Shown in pieces: positions 63,226-64,000 of a DNA stretch of 64,000 nucleotides. The DNA is from the human T2T-CHM13v2.0 reference genome, Homo sapiens: assembly GCF_009914755.1 (NCBI RefSeq), contig NC_060943.1. One strand, 5' to 3'. Under the pieces are notes generated by a model that saw nothing but the letters and a program-made list of their open reading frames with translations, did not search any database and had not been told where the DNA came from. Positions within the stretch are counted from its first letter, which is position 1, and each line of letters starts with the position of its first letter. Made by a program: the position numbers and the translations under genes.

Positions 63226-63752
63226 AAAACCCAATGGATTGACAACATCAAGAGTTGGAACAAGTGGACATGGAGATGTTACTTGTGGAAATTTAGATGT
63301 GTTCAGCTATCGGGCAGGAGAATCTGTGTCAAATTCCAGCATGGTTCAGAAGAATCAAAAAGTGTCACAGTCCAAATGTGCAACAGTGCAGGGGATAAAA
63401 CTGTGGTGCATTCAAACTGAGGGATATTTTGGAACATGAGAAAGGAAGGGATTGCTGCTGCACAGAACATGGATGATCTCACACATAGAGTTGAAAGAAA
63501 GGAGTCAATCGCAGAATAGAAAATGATCACTAATTCCACCTCTATAAAGTTTCCAAGAGGAAAACCCAATTCTGCTGCTAGAGATCAGAATGGAGGTGAC
63601 CTGTGCCTTGCAATGGCTGTGAGGGTCACGGGAGTGTCACTTAGTGCAGGCAATGTGCCGTATCTTAATCTGGGCAGGGCTTTCATGAGCACATAGGAAT
63701 GCAGACATTACTGCTGTGTTCATTTTACTTCACCGGAAAAGAAGAATAAAAT

Positions 63753-64000
<248 letters not shown>

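Overview
Primate (almost certainly human) genomic DNA from the CEACAM/PSG cluster at 19q13.2. The only intact protein-coding gene is CEACAM7 on the minus strand: leader, N, A and GPI-signal exons give a 798-nt CDS (265 aa), followed by a separate 3'UTR exon derived from an endogenous retrovirus (ERV). The right end is the far-upstream region of CEA/CEACAM5, recognised from memory as the HindIII fragment holding its distal enhancer. The left half holds a DNAJC19 processed pseudogene, an N-exon-deleted CEACAM relic and a strong CTCF motif. It also holds a four-level nest of retroelements: LTR8B-like provirus > [PDE7A retrocopy + L1PB1] > THE1A > L1PA7-like. The most unusual signal is a spliced PDE7A1 exon 1-3 retrocopy, not visible in the ORF track. 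It ends in a non-canonical 3' segment with ATTAAA and shares one 15-bp target-site duplication (TSD) with the L1PB1, suggesting a chimeric retrotranscript and a truncated PDE7A isoform. No wholly new multi-gene system is evident. Repeat subfamily names and reference sequences come from memory, not from a search.
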